Positions 26,301 through 34,243 of a stretch of DNA of 64,000 bases are shown here, piece by piece. The DNA is from a virus: positions 56,360 to 120,359 of IMG/VR virus record IMGVR_UViG_3300019854_000029. The stretch is one strand, 5' to 3'. The position numbers and the translations under genes are program-made. The notes under the pieces were generated by a model, which was given only the letters and a program-made list of their open reading frames with translations, ran no database searches and was not told the DNA's origin. How positions within the stretch are numbered: position 1 is the stretch's first letter; the number at the start of each line of letters is the position of its first letter.

Positions 26301-28162
26301 TTCGCCAGCTTCTCATTCGCTGCGGTCTGCTCATCGACAGTGAGCTTCAAGTTCGACTGCACGGGAGGCAGGTCACTGTTGTACTTCCAACCGAGCTTCT
26401 GCAAAGCGCTGGTGTCACCAAACGCTGCGAGCACGTAAGACGAGTAGAGGCTGACAGCGGTCGGCTTAGGCATAGCCGATGCGGTTTGCGTGAGATTCGA
26501 CGAGGGGTCAAGAACCTTCTCCCACGCGCTAGACACAGCCTTAGAGTCAATGTCCCTAGCCTTCGCGAACGGCTTCCCGTCGCTACCGATAGCGTCTTGA
26601 TACATGCCGTCAGCGGGGACATCACCCTTGAACGCTTGGATATCGTCGAGGACGATCATCTTGTTCACGGTTTTCACGGGGTCCGAGTTGTTCCCCGGAT
26701 GCGCGCCAACCCACATGATGTCAGAGGGAGTCGTCGAGGACGCACCAGCGCTGGGGGTGAGGACTTCACCGCCGACGCGCAGCATGGTCATAGTGTTGCG
26801 CTTGCCATTAAAAAGGCCGCTAGAAACGTCGTTGAGGCCAGCCTTCTTAAGCTGCTCACCCCAGCCGGTTTTAACTCCGTCCAAGAACGTGTCCCACGAG
26901 TCAGCGCCTTGGAAGAACCACTTATCGTTCGGGAAGTTCCATTCGCTTGTCCCGACCTGAACAGTGGAGTGGAACGCGCCGAAAGGCTTGTATGAGGGCG
27001 CGTCAATGAGGCTTTCCGTAATGCGCTTTTGCGCGTACTCAAGGTTGAACGTGCTCTGCCCACTCGATGCGCTTACCAACTGGATAGCTTGGTTTGAGAG
27101 CACGAGGTTTTGGAAACTGACGGTGTTGTATGCGCCGCCCGGCTTGGAGATGTTCGAGCCTTCCACCTTCATCCACGTGGAGGGGTTCATGGACGCGGGG
27201 ATAGCAACCCACGTGTGGTTGGGGCCGCGATACACGAGGTCACCGAACGGGCTGATCGCCATTTTCCCGCTGTATGCGGTGAGCGCCACGGCTTTGCTTG
27301 CGTCTTGGAAAGCGCTCTTGACAGCTTCAATGTCAATACTGTCGCTCTGCTGGTCTGCGCCCTTCGTGAAGTCGAGGTCACTCTGGTACAAGTCAACGAG
27401 GGAAGAACCATATCCCTGCTTGAGGTTCGCCATAGAGAGCGCCTGATAGAGGGCGATCACGCTGGGGGTGAGGTTCTTACCCGAGGGGTCCCACACGAAC
27501 GCGGGGATGGTCTTACCGCCAGCGTTGTAGACGAGAGCATTCCACTTTGCCTTGTAAGCGGGGGAGTTCTTAGGAAGCACGGTATCTTCCATGACATCCT
27601 CGCCGCCAGCGCCACCGGACACCATAGCGAGGAACGTGCGCCAGTCAGTCGGGTAGTTCTCGGTCGTCCAGTTTGCGTCTGACGCATAGTCTCCGTTCGT
27701 GTAAGCGAACTGTAGGTCTGCGCCGCCCTTCCAGACGTTCCCGATCACATAGTTCGCGACGCTTTCCGCCGCGTCCTTACTCATGCCCACAGTGTTCTGT
27801 AGGGCAGTGGTCATGTTTTCTTTGGTCTTGTCCTGCTGTTCCTTGTCCTTCTTTTGGATACTGCCGTTGTAGTTGAACTGCGACTGGAACGGGACGTAGA
27901 AGTTAGACACGTAAGTGCCGAGAATGCGTAGTTCTTCGGGCTTGAGGTTCGCGACACCGGAGTCAGCGAGGCTCTTATTCTTCGCAAGGTTAATGACCGC
28001 TGCGGTACGGCTCGACGCGCTACCGCCCGTGGGGGCATCGTCCGCGAGCGCGCCGGGGACGATCACCATTCCCAGTGCGATAACTGTTGCGGTTGTTGCG
28101 GTCACCATGCGCACAGCGCCCTTACGGGCCATGCGTAGAGCATTTTTTGCGGTGATATTCAT
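23372..28162 (-). CDS. Giant polytopic membrane protein (1596 aa), candidate VirB6/TcpH/ConG-type channel component
   Basis: Signal-anchor, a ~690-aa extracytoplasmic region, a TM cluster (YLSYMLVFVAAMLGVFALV..FIIFFIVAAGAIPTL), a second large loop and a C-terminal TM cluster. Several long plus-strand ORFs here are antisense shadows. Confidence 0.5.
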   Translation of the reverse strand: MNITAKNALRMARKGAVRMVTATTATVIALGMVIVPGALADDAPTGGSASSRTAAVINLAKNKSLADSGVANLKPEELRILGTYVSNFYVPFQSQFNYNGSIQKKDKEQQDKTKENMTTALQNTVGMSKDAAESVANYVIGNVWKGGADLQFAYTNGDYASDANWTTENYPTDWRTFLAMVSGGAGGEDVMEDTVLPKNSPAYKAKWNALVYNAGGKTIPAFVWDPSGKNLTPSVIALYQALSMANLKQGYGSSLVDLYQSDLDFTKGADQQSDSIDIEAVKSAFQDASKAVALTAYSGKMAISPFGDLVYRGPNHTWVAIPASMNPSTWMKVEGSNISKPGGAYNTVSFQNLVLSNQAIQLVSASSGQSTFNLEYAQKRITESLIDAPSYKPFGAFHSTVQVGTSEWNFPNDKWFFQGADSWDTFLDGVKTGWGEQLKKAGLNDVSSGLFNGKRNTMTMLRVGGEVLTPSAGASSTTPSDIMWVGAHPGNNSDPVKTVNKMIVLDDIQAFKGDVPADGMYQDAIGSDGKPFAKARDIDSKAVSSAWEKVLDPSSNLTQTASAMPKPTAVSLYSSYVLAAFGDTSALQKLGWKYNSDLPPVQSNLKLTVDEQTAANEKLANLTDYSLALLSPNWSHTAYKSQLLTMIAGSFMLRWHSDMTGTQTIGVNQGTTKYVGFAGYVSTPNLHDLSWTDSIVTLYNRYLSYMLVFVAAMLGVFALVQMVSIRRAVMSFIIFFIVAAGAIPTLNYVIDQTNAYSGKVLSEKFTYWALVTHQAYSSEIDKAATGDDYGNYLQTVFNNAADMSGWVSDGSDGKENEISNRGGENILLKWQSPKKRTAVEFGSDLSRAVASSDSLSRLLKSSTQSAYGGETFLSDPNSTYLYRSYVDIANQSRYTYLGLSKTRGDGKAAYNKTPDMSTWTESMKDAYDKYPDTLTAYAGTGYANKPSGNSDPTTLSYITPVMASKIVNDHIGDASKLDNLTYGQNVGIPTGAYQFSLGVYTQGKSARDQIKEQNPAGYNPDNEPYTDADYNSLGAFGLFTESPYYHFSWYNFDHGLSAAPNASNGWKDMLLSAPDQGYFYNNKSGDKDADATIDNNGELKDYLGMKELFTYTIPYLKAANNVVVEYDKKYSLRTYSNLPFEPGHDDEYKDNPENRQKYWQNVNVSQLAAMYSPWVDQMYEAGYAAPTKVYANGVTYTVKDPLDPASYPAERPMVFSPSEMTAYGLTESDLTPVESRIMRVLRNTKTPFLDLLNYYTFQDNVLNSSAAMMTTFEFNQVFSDATVLGVQTGSQLYPQAYELKNFSFDAYMRLMLANSLQKPALLSSNDTNFYQQVMQESSITTVIMLLAVDVTSIYVVPLLKYGAIIAIVLVAILRSMASACRVSDEKATSGLWKHVLRPILAIGVIGFIHVGIISLLIGSPASGVTGQLGSSIAVGDPVLLLLTVAALNVAISIVYFILLRASTKEIVASAKVIGSSLAAAGSSLADMARSGMSRMRSFGGGMAAGAGVAVAAGRGAGSAAVRGAQGVSSRVKAATAVQAESEEPRDKTKAADFNKQTLKGDSANDPAKKKEKKQVIESSISKGRRTIQSNADFKKA

Positions 28163-28214
28163 TAGGTTTATGCCTTTGCTGGTTTAGAGGTTTGTCGCGC
28201 GGAAACTTCTACGT

Positions 28215-29015
28215 TTAGAACATTCCCATGAAAGCGTCGAACATCTTTAATACCCATCCCATGACGGTCAGGAGGCCACCGGATACGAGGAGCGCGGTGA
28301 CGAAGAATGCTGCCATGAGGACCGGGAGGCGTTTCATCGCCCAGTAGGCCATTGGGTTGCGTCCGTTTGCTGCGCCTTCACTGGCCGCGTTGATCGCGGC
28401 GCTACTGAATAGTTTCGACCTGATTTTCCCGCCGTTTTCCCGGTAGGACTGTACGCCGGGGAAAGTCAGATAAGCCATGTCGAGGAGTGCTGACAGGTAG
28501 ATGAGGGCTTCAACGACTAGCGCGATAGCGCCGAGTAGGACTCCGACGGGAGCGAGCCACGGGCGAGCCAGCGTGAGGGCTTGATCTTGGTTGCCGGAGG
28601 CTTCTGCTTTAACGGTGTCAATGCTCTTCGTGATCTTCGTGTCTTGCTGCTTGATGAAGTTGTAGAGCTTTGCTTTGCGGGGGGTTGCGAGGCCGCTTTG
28701 TGCTGTGGCGTTGAGAGCGGTCTGCATGAACTTTGTTTTGTCAGTGTTCGTGAGCTGGTTGTAGGTCGCGTAGTCGAAACTGACGGTACCGGCTTTAGCG
28801 TCGTATTCGAGGATGTTGATGCTGCGCTTTTTCAGCGAGTCGTTACTGATAGAGACGATGCCTTGAATGTTTGCGTCGTTTTGGGCGATAGCGACCACTG
28901 ATTTCACTGCGTCATCAGCGTGTGCGGGGACGCTGGACATGAGGAAGCCGCCCACCATGAGGAGGAGGGCGAGAATGATGCGGGGGAATCGTTGCACTTT
29001 GGTTTGTGTGTTCAT
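28215..29015 (-). CDS. Secreted/membrane protein (266 aa): signal peptide, soluble domain, C-terminal TM helices
   Basis: Signal peptide ILALLLMVGGFLMSSVPAHADD; C-terminal helices WLAPVGVLLGAIALVVEALIYL and LPVLMAAFFVTALLVSGGLL. Confidence 0.6.
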   Translation of the reverse strand: MNTQTKVQRFPRIILALLLMVGGFLMSSVPAHADDAVKSVVAIAQNDANIQGIVSISNDSLKKRSINILEYDAKAGTVSFDYATYNQLTNTDKTKFMQTALNATAQSGLATPRKAKLYNFIKQQDTKITKSIDTVKAEASGNQDQALTLARPWLAPVGVLLGAIALVVEALIYLSALLDMAYLTFPGVQSYRENGGKIRSKLFSSAAINAASEGAANGRNPMAYWAMKRLPVLMAAFFVTALLVSGGLLTVMGWVLKMFDAFMGMF

Positions 29016-29051
29016 GGGATTTGTGGAGCTTTCACCTACATGCGGGTAGCC

Positions 29052-29095
29052 GCATGGCTTCCCCAGTTTCCTGTGCTAAACCGGGGAAGCCATGC
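29052..29095 (-). terminator. Strong intra-operon hairpin (possible attenuator or mRNA stabiliser)
   Basis: 13-bp perfect stem GCATGGCTTCCCC (29052-29064) / GGGGAAGCCATGC (29083-29095), with no clear U-tract. It lies between two co-oriented genes. Confidence 0.4.
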
Positions 29096-29103
29096 GAGGA
29101 AAA

Positions 29104-29976
29104 TCAGCCGATACCCTGACCGATTGAAGTAATCACGTCGATTGCCCAAGCGAAGAACTTGGAGAACATTCCGCTGGTCACGCCAGTGACAATGAAGATC
29201 ACAACGAACGTGGTGATACCCATTTCCTTCACGAGAATCAGGAGGGGGTTCTTGCTGTTCTGGTTGCCCTTCTCGAATGCGCGGGTAGCGAAGTAGCCGA
29301 CCTTCGACACTGCTGTGCCGACCTTGCCGCCGCTACCAATGAAGCCCGAGAGGACAAGGAGGATAGCGAGGTTCCATACCCACAGGAACGACACAAGAGC
29401 CATGACGAAATACACGAGGGCACCCGAACCGGTTGAGATACCACCGAGGAGCGGGAAGATCGCGTTACGACCGTTCTCCAAGTCAACGGGGTTGTAGGAG
29501 CTATTGATCGCGTTCGTCCACGCGGTTGCCATACCGGAAGTGTTCTTCAACTGGCTAATCCAGTTGGACGCGGTTTCCTTGGTCACGCCGTCGCTCTTAG
29601 AAAGCGAGTCATCGTAGCCACGTGCCTGCGGGTTCGTGTAAACCTCAGTGCGAGCGCGGAGGTCACCTGCGAACTTGGTACGAGCATCGCCAGTGAGCCT
29701 GCCAAACATGGCTTCGTTGACGTTGCCTTCAGTGTCAATCAGGTCGCTACCGTTAACGGTTCCGCCACCTTCGAGCGCGTACTTGTTGCCCTGAACTTCC
29801 TTACTGACCGTAGTGCGAAGAGCCTGGTCGGCCTGATCGGAAGCATCCTTGTTGGCTGCGAACGCGCCAACACTGGTCAGGAGAGTGAGGACAATCGCGA
29901 GGATTGTCGTCAGAATCATGGAACGGTAGAGCGCACGAGACTGGTCTCGCCTACTCACCGCAAGAGTCGTAGTCAT
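29104..29976 (-). CDS. Secreted/membrane protein (290 aa): signal peptide, soluble domain, C-terminal TM helices
   Basis: Signal peptide ILAIVLTLLTSVGAFAANKD and several C-terminal TM helices. It has the same topology class as 28215-29015 and 31523-32365. Confidence 0.6.
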   Translation of the reverse strand: MTTTLAVSRRDQSRALYRSMILTTILAIVLTLLTSVGAFAANKDASDQADQALRTTVSKEVQGNKYALEGGGTVNGSDLIDTEGNVNEAMFGRLTGDARTKFAGDLRARTEVYTNPQARGYDDSLSKSDGVTKETASNWISQLKNTSGMATAWTNAINSSYNPVDLENGRNAIFPLLGGISTGSGALVYFVMALVSFLWVWNLAILLVLSGFIGSGGKVGTAVSKVGYFATRAFEKGNQNSKNPLLILVKEMGITTFVVIFIVTGVTSGMFSKFFAWAIDVITSIGQGIG

Positions 29977-29999
29977 TTTCGTTTGGTTTCCTTTCCGGT

Positions 30000-30761
30000 T
30001 CAGACCACTAGAGATGGGAGAGCAAAGCCCGTGAGCTTAGCTACAGTCACAATTAAAAGAACTATGTTGATTGCATGTAACGCATTAAAAACGATCTTTG
30101 TTTCCCACGTGCCGCCCGTTGAGAAAAATCCGGGCTTTCCCTTTTGTGTTGGAGGGACGTGGGGAATGATCTTGATGCGTTCGGGGAGCACATGCTTACG
30201 CAAGATGAACTTGTTGATGAACAAGCCGGTTGCGAACGGTAGTCCTTCTGGTGTGAGTAAATCCAGAATAAGGTGCGCGACGAGACCAAAGCCAATACCC
30301 ATGAGTATGAGCTGCGTCAAAGCCGAGCTGAGGTTCCCCGTTGTTGGGTCGAGTTTTGATAGGAAATAGAGGATTACAGCGAGGGGGAGTTCACTGTGTG
30401 TCTGCCACGAGCGGTGCTTACAGTCGAGGACGCTCACCACTTGGCTTACGCGGCTTCCTTTGGGGAATACGCCGCGTAGGGGCTTAGTGGCGTGGAGGAC
30501 GTGACTGATTGCGCGTGACACTACGTCTTGTGAGGGGAGGGACTGGCCGGAGCGCTGCCCGATGGGCTTGAGTTCGTCCCACAGTCCGCCGGGAGCGTGG
30601 TCGAGGTCTGAGGCTGTTGCTCCCCATACTGCGAACGGGTAGAGGCACGCGAGGGAGGCTACGGGGGCTGCTGCGACGAGCGGGGAGCCAGTGTAGACGA
30701 GGAGTGAGTAGCCTGCGAGGCACGCGGTTACGCCGCCCGCGCGGTGTGTTACACCCTGCAT
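30000..30761 (-). CDS. Polytopic membrane protein, possibly YdjM/DUF457-type metal-dependent hydrolase
   Basis: N-terminal MQGVTHRAGG, ...SDLDHAPGG... and ...LILDLLTPEGLP... are reminiscent of DUF457. The assignment is weak. Confidence 0.35.
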   Translation of the reverse strand: MQGVTHRAGGVTACLAGYSLLVYTGSPLVAAAPVASLACLYPFAVWGATASDLDHAPGGLWDELKPIGQRSGQSLPSQDVVSRAISHVLHATKPLRGVFPKGSRVSQVVSVLDCKHRSWQTHSELPLAVILYFLSKLDPTTGNLSSALTQLILMGIGFGLVAHLILDLLTPEGLPFATGLFINKFILRKHVLPERIKIIPHVPPTQKGKPGFFSTGGTWETKIVFNALHAINIVLLIVTVAKLTGFALPSLVV

Positions 30762-30764
30762 GTG

Positions 30765-31247
30765 CTATTCACCGTCCTCTTCTTCGTTGCGGGCCGTGTT
30801 GTAGCGCTGCCGAATACCCTTGTTAACTTCACAACGGTAGTCGTAGCCTTCCTGCCCATGAACAGCACTGCGGAGGAACCTGAGCGCCCCATCGTCGGTA
30901 ATCCTAAAGACACCAACACCACGCAAGACGAGCTTCTTCTCAGCTTCTAGGGCCTCTAGGCAGGTCTGCGCATAGTAGGAGAGCACCGTTTCCGCCTTGT
31001 GGACGTTGTAGCCGTTTTCGCGGGCGAACTGCTTGTACTGGGCCGCGAGAGGCTGACGATGCGCCAGACCATAGTTCGCTGGGCCGCAAGACATTTCAAC
31101 CAGCCCAAGATAAGAAACGGTTTCCCCACCCTTGAGCACCCTATCGAGCGTCCACTGGGTGTAGGTGGTCAACATGTCCTCAACTTGGACGATGGGGACA
31201 CCCGTTTTCTGGGCTGTTTCCCGCATGTTTAGGTTAATGAAACTCAA
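30765..31247 (-). CDS. Possible HU/IHF-like DNA-binding protein with two HU-like halves
   Basis: ETAQKTGVPIVQVEDMLTTYTQWTLDRVLKGGETVSYLGLVEM and QFARENGYNVHKAETVLSYYAQTCLEALEAEKKLVLRGVGVFRI both follow the HU helix-helix-G.G.F pattern. Confidence 0.35.
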   Translation of the reverse strand: MSFINLNMRETAQKTGVPIVQVEDMLTTYTQWTLDRVLKGGETVSYLGLVEMSCGPANYGLAHRQPLAAQYKQFARENGYNVHKAETVLSYYAQTCLEALEAEKKLVLRGVGVFRITDDGALRFLRSAVHGQEGYDYRCEVNKGIRQRYNTARNEEEDGE

Positions 31248-31519
31248 AGTAGTTCCCTTGTTTGTACAAGAAACTCAGTAGGGTCGTTTTCGCTTTGCTC
31301 GATAATGTAGTTCTGCGTGATTACAGGGTCGTAGAACGCTTCAATCGCATAAGCGAGAACGTCTCGGTCGATACGGATATGCAACGTGTCGCCGGGCTTA
31401 ATGTTGGCTTCTTGGAAGGTTTTCAGAAGGTCAGCGACGATAGCAGCAGCTTTCTGTGCGTCAGCACTGACCGTGGAGACTCGGAAGAATCGGTCTTTAA
31501 CATAATCGACAATCCACAC
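31244..31519 (-). CDS. Hypothetical protein (91 aa)
   Basis: GTG start 4 nt after the upstream stop, with a 4-nt overlap with the downstream gene. Confidence 0.55.
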   Translation of the reverse strand: MWIVDYVKDRFFRVSTVSADAQKAAAIVADLLKTFQEANIKPGDTLHIRIDRDVLAYAIEAFYDPVITQNYIIEQSENDPTEFLVQTRELL

Positions 31520-31522
31520 GGC

Positions 31523-32365
31523 TTAGTGTCCAATCGTGACTTCGACGAGGTAGTCAACGAGGTTCGCGAGGACCGCACCAAGGTTAAGACCGAGGTCTTG
31601 CACGTAGCTGCCAATCACGAACAGGACGATGACAACAACCGTGGCAATAATCGTCTTAAAACGCTTCCGCGCGTAGATCATTGCCGCACTCTTAGCGGAG
31701 CCGTTAGCGCGAGCACCCGGCATTTGCACTTGTCCGCCGGTTTCTGCGAGGTCCACTGCACTGATTGCGTCTGAGGTCACCCACGTAATGCCCTGCTTGC
31801 CGCCAGGTGATGAGGACATTGGCGCGGGGCCACCCATACCGCCAATACCGCCAACGGGCATGGGTGAACCGCCGGAGGCGTTGTGCCCGCCACCAAGGAA
31901 CGAGCGCGTAAAGCCAAAGTTGATGTACACGAGGTCGATCATCGTAATGAGCGCGAACGAGCCAAAGACGAGCGCGACGAGCCAGCCAACGACGTAGCTA
32001 ATCCGCCACAGGGTAGCGTTTCCGCCCGCATAACCTTCGTGGAACTTCTGCTTGTCAATCGCCCCGCCCTTCAGGAACTCTAAGTCCTTCTTGTACTTGT
32101 CGTCGGTCTTAACAAGCGGGGTACGTGAGGGGTTTGAGCGCAGGTCAACGCTCATAGGGCTGCGGCTCGACTGTGGGGTCGCCTGCTGGGTGGGGGCCTG
32201 CGGGGCGGGTGTCGTGTCAGCGTCGCTCGTGTAGTCCACTCGGACAATCCCCGCGTCAACGGGAGTTTGTGCCGCGTAGGACGTTTGAGCGAGACCAACG
32301 AACGCTGTTAGGGCAATGCCCGCCGACAGCATGGGAGCTGCCACCTTGTGCATGATGGTTTTCAC
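31523..32365 (-). CDS. Secreted/membrane protein (280 aa)
   Basis: Signal peptide MLSAGIALTAFVGLAQTSYA, a Gly-rich segment and TM helices (ISYVVGWLVALVFGSFALITMI; IIATVVVIVLFVIGSYV). Confidence 0.6.
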   Translation of the reverse strand: MKTIMHKVAAPMLSAGIALTAFVGLAQTSYAAQTPVDAGIVRVDYTSDADTTPAPQAPTQQATPQSSRSPMSVDLRSNPSRTPLVKTDDKYKKDLEFLKGGAIDKQKFHEGYAGGNATLWRISYVVGWLVALVFGSFALITMIDLVYINFGFTRSFLGGGHNASGGSPMPVGGIGGMGGPAPMSSSPGGKQGITWVTSDAISAVDLAETGGQVQMPGARANGSAKSAAMIYARKRFKTIIATVVVIVLFVIGSYVQDLGLNLGAVLANLVDYLVEVTIGH

Positions 32366-32411
32366 GGCTGTGCCTTTCGTGGAAGAACTCGGTTACTGGT
32401 GAAACGTTTGG

Positions 32412-33089
32412 TCAGTCAACGTCTGGGAGGGTAATCCCCAAAGTGTTGCGCGTATAGTCAGCGAGCTTATTGGCTGCTTCTTCCGCGAGCGCGCGCCGAC
32501 GCTCTTCGGGGGTGCGTGCGGAACCAGCCGAGTAGGGGCCGCGTCGAAGAGCGAGAGGAGCGAACTTCGTGCCCTCAAACTCGGGGGCGAGATCGCGCTT
32601 CACGCGCATGTTAACTGCGCCCACAGCATCATCGAGGGGGATGCGCTCACAGGTGAGAACGTTGATCTTCGGGTAGGTGGAGCGCACAGACCGGAATACA
32701 CTGCCGCGTGCGGGAGCGAGCTTCACGGCGGGGATGCCGCCGCGTTCACGCAACACGACAGACAAGTGCTGTTCTACGCCGATCTCAGGGTTCTGGCCGT
32801 CGATAGAGCAACTGATTTCAGGCAGGGACGCAAAGATGATGAGTTCATACAAGGTGAGGTCAAAATCTTCGCCCGCGTTGACGGTGCGCCACTGGTCTTG
32901 ATTCTCGTAGTCGTACAGGTTGTTGAGGCTGAACGCGCCAGTGGTCCCAAAGTTGGGGACTCGGGGGAGGTCTCGGATTGCGTGGAAGCGGTATCCAACG
33001 ATGTTGGGTTCTGCTCCGCGTCGCGCGCGTGAGGGGTCCACAAGGAGGGCCTTCAAGTACACGCTGTCAGAGAGTGCGAACTTTTCCAT
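32412..33089 (-). CDS. Hypothetical cytoplasmic protein (225 aa)
   Basis: ATG ORF directly downstream of promoter copy P4. No motif recognised. Confidence 0.6.
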   Translation of the reverse strand: MEKFALSDSVYLKALLVDPSRARRGAEPNIVGYRFHAIRDLPRVPNFGTTGAFSLNNLYDYENQDQWRTVNAGEDFDLTLYELIIFASLPEISCSIDGQNPEIGVEQHLSVVLRERGGIPAVKLAPARGSVFRSVRSTYPKINVLTCERIPLDDAVGAVNMRVKRDLAPEFEGTKFAPLALRRGPYSAGSARTPEERRRALAEEAANKLADYTRNTLGITLPDVD

Positions 33090-33125
33090 GTCTTAACTTG
33101 ATGCTTTCTTTCTTACAGGCAGGTG

Positions 33126-33151
33126 GTGTGCCTGAATTATCGGATAATGGC
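33126..33151 (-). promoter_or_regulatory. Promoter module copy P4
   Basis: The minus-strand reading is GCCATTATCCGATAATTCAGGCACAC. The -10 GATAAT overlaps the TAA stop of 33137-33964 and lies ~47 nt upstream of the ATG at 33089. Confidence 0.5.
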
Positions 33152-33964
33152 AATGTTACCGTGCTGGTCTACTCGGTAGGTGACTTCAATGAGGTCCCCG
33201 GACTTATAGCCGTCGTATTGGCCCTTGGGGATGACGTAGTTAATCGTTGGCCGATTGCTGTCTGGGACAGACAGGTGGACGGTGAACATGAGGTTCCCGC
33301 CGGTTTCCATGATCGACTTTGATACCACGAGGCCCGTAACTGTCTTAGGTTCAGAGAACTGTAGCGAGTCGGGGTCGATGGTGGCCCGGTCGGTCGGGGA
33401 TGCGGGCTGTGGGGACGTGCTCACGGTCGGAGTTGCCGCCTGCGTAGTGGGGGCCGCTGTAGTGGTTTCTACCGGCTTAGGAGTAGGAGTCGGGGTAGTT
33501 GCGGGGGCTTGCGTCGTAGGAGACGCACACTCGGTGACAACAACACTCGGAGTCGCGTCTTGTGTTGCCTGATGGTTCTTCACGGCGACAAAACATGTTG
33601 CGAGGAGCGCGCACACTGCGATCACACCCAAGCTCCCAGCGATAACCTTGCCCGGTTCGTTCGGTTGGGACTGGTCTACTGCTGGGGCGGGTTCTGCCGT
33701 GGGCTGTGGGGCCTGTGACTGGGGTGCCGCACTGGCCTGCGGGGCTTCTTCCGCGTAGTAGCGGGGCCGGTAGGGTTCATCGTCCTCGCCGTACCCGGCG
33801 CGCTCAGCGTAACGCCTGCGACGCATAGGGCTTTCGCGGGGAAAATAGGGTTCGTCCCCGCCAGAGTCGTCGGTATCGTCTGAAAAGCCGGGTTCAGAGA
33901 ACGTTTCTTCGTCGTCACCGTCGTCAGAGATTCCCGAAACCTTGTTCCAAAAATCGTCATCCAT
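33137..33964 (-). CDS. Single-pass membrane protein (275 aa) with a Pro/Thr-rich linker and a C-terminal beta-rich domain
   Basis: Acidic/Pro-rich N-terminus, TM segment GVIAVCALLATCFVAV, then a PT-rich linker. The start overlaps the upstream stop (TGATG). Confidence 0.6.
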   Translation of the reverse strand: MDDDFWNKVSGISDDGDDEETFSEPGFSDDTDDSGGDEPYFPRESPMRRRRYAERAGYGEDDEPYRPRYYAEEAPQASAAPQSQAPQPTAEPAPAVDQSQPNEPGKVIAGSLGVIAVCALLATCFVAVKNHQATQDATPSVVVTECASPTTQAPATTPTPTPKPVETTTAAPTTQAATPTVSTSPQPASPTDRATIDPDSLQFSEPKTVTGLVVSKSIMETGGNLMFTVHLSVPDSNRPTINYVIPKGQYDGYKSGDLIEVTYRVDQHGNIAIIR

Positions 33965-34239
33965 CAGTGGCTCACTTTCACTCGCGTGGCTTGGGTGGGC
34001 TTGGGGGTGAGTCGCCCGTATCTACGTTGTTTGCGGCTTTCTTCGAGGTATTCTTCCCACGCTTTGTCGCGTAGCTGCGCTCGCGGGTCGATGCGCGCTT
34101 CAGGGGAGAGAACTTCGAGGGCTTCCACGAGTTCTGGGACGCTGCCTTGTTCTTCGGCTGCGATTCCCGGTAGGTCATGTTCGACGAGGCGTGCGACGTA
34201 TAGTGACGCGGTTTGTTTCTTCAATTCCTCTGGTGTCAT
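33964..34239 (-). CDS. Hypothetical protein (91 aa)
   Basis: I use the ATG at 34239 (MTPEELKK), 5 nt after the upstream stop. The ORF-track version (to 34458) would overlap the upstream gene by >200 nt. Confidence 0.55.
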   Translation of the reverse strand: MTPEELKKQTASLYVARLVEHDLPGIAAEEQGSVPELVEALEVLSPEARIDPRAQLRDKAWEEYLEESRKQRRYGRLTPKPTQATRVKVSH

Positions 34240-34243
34240 GGGG

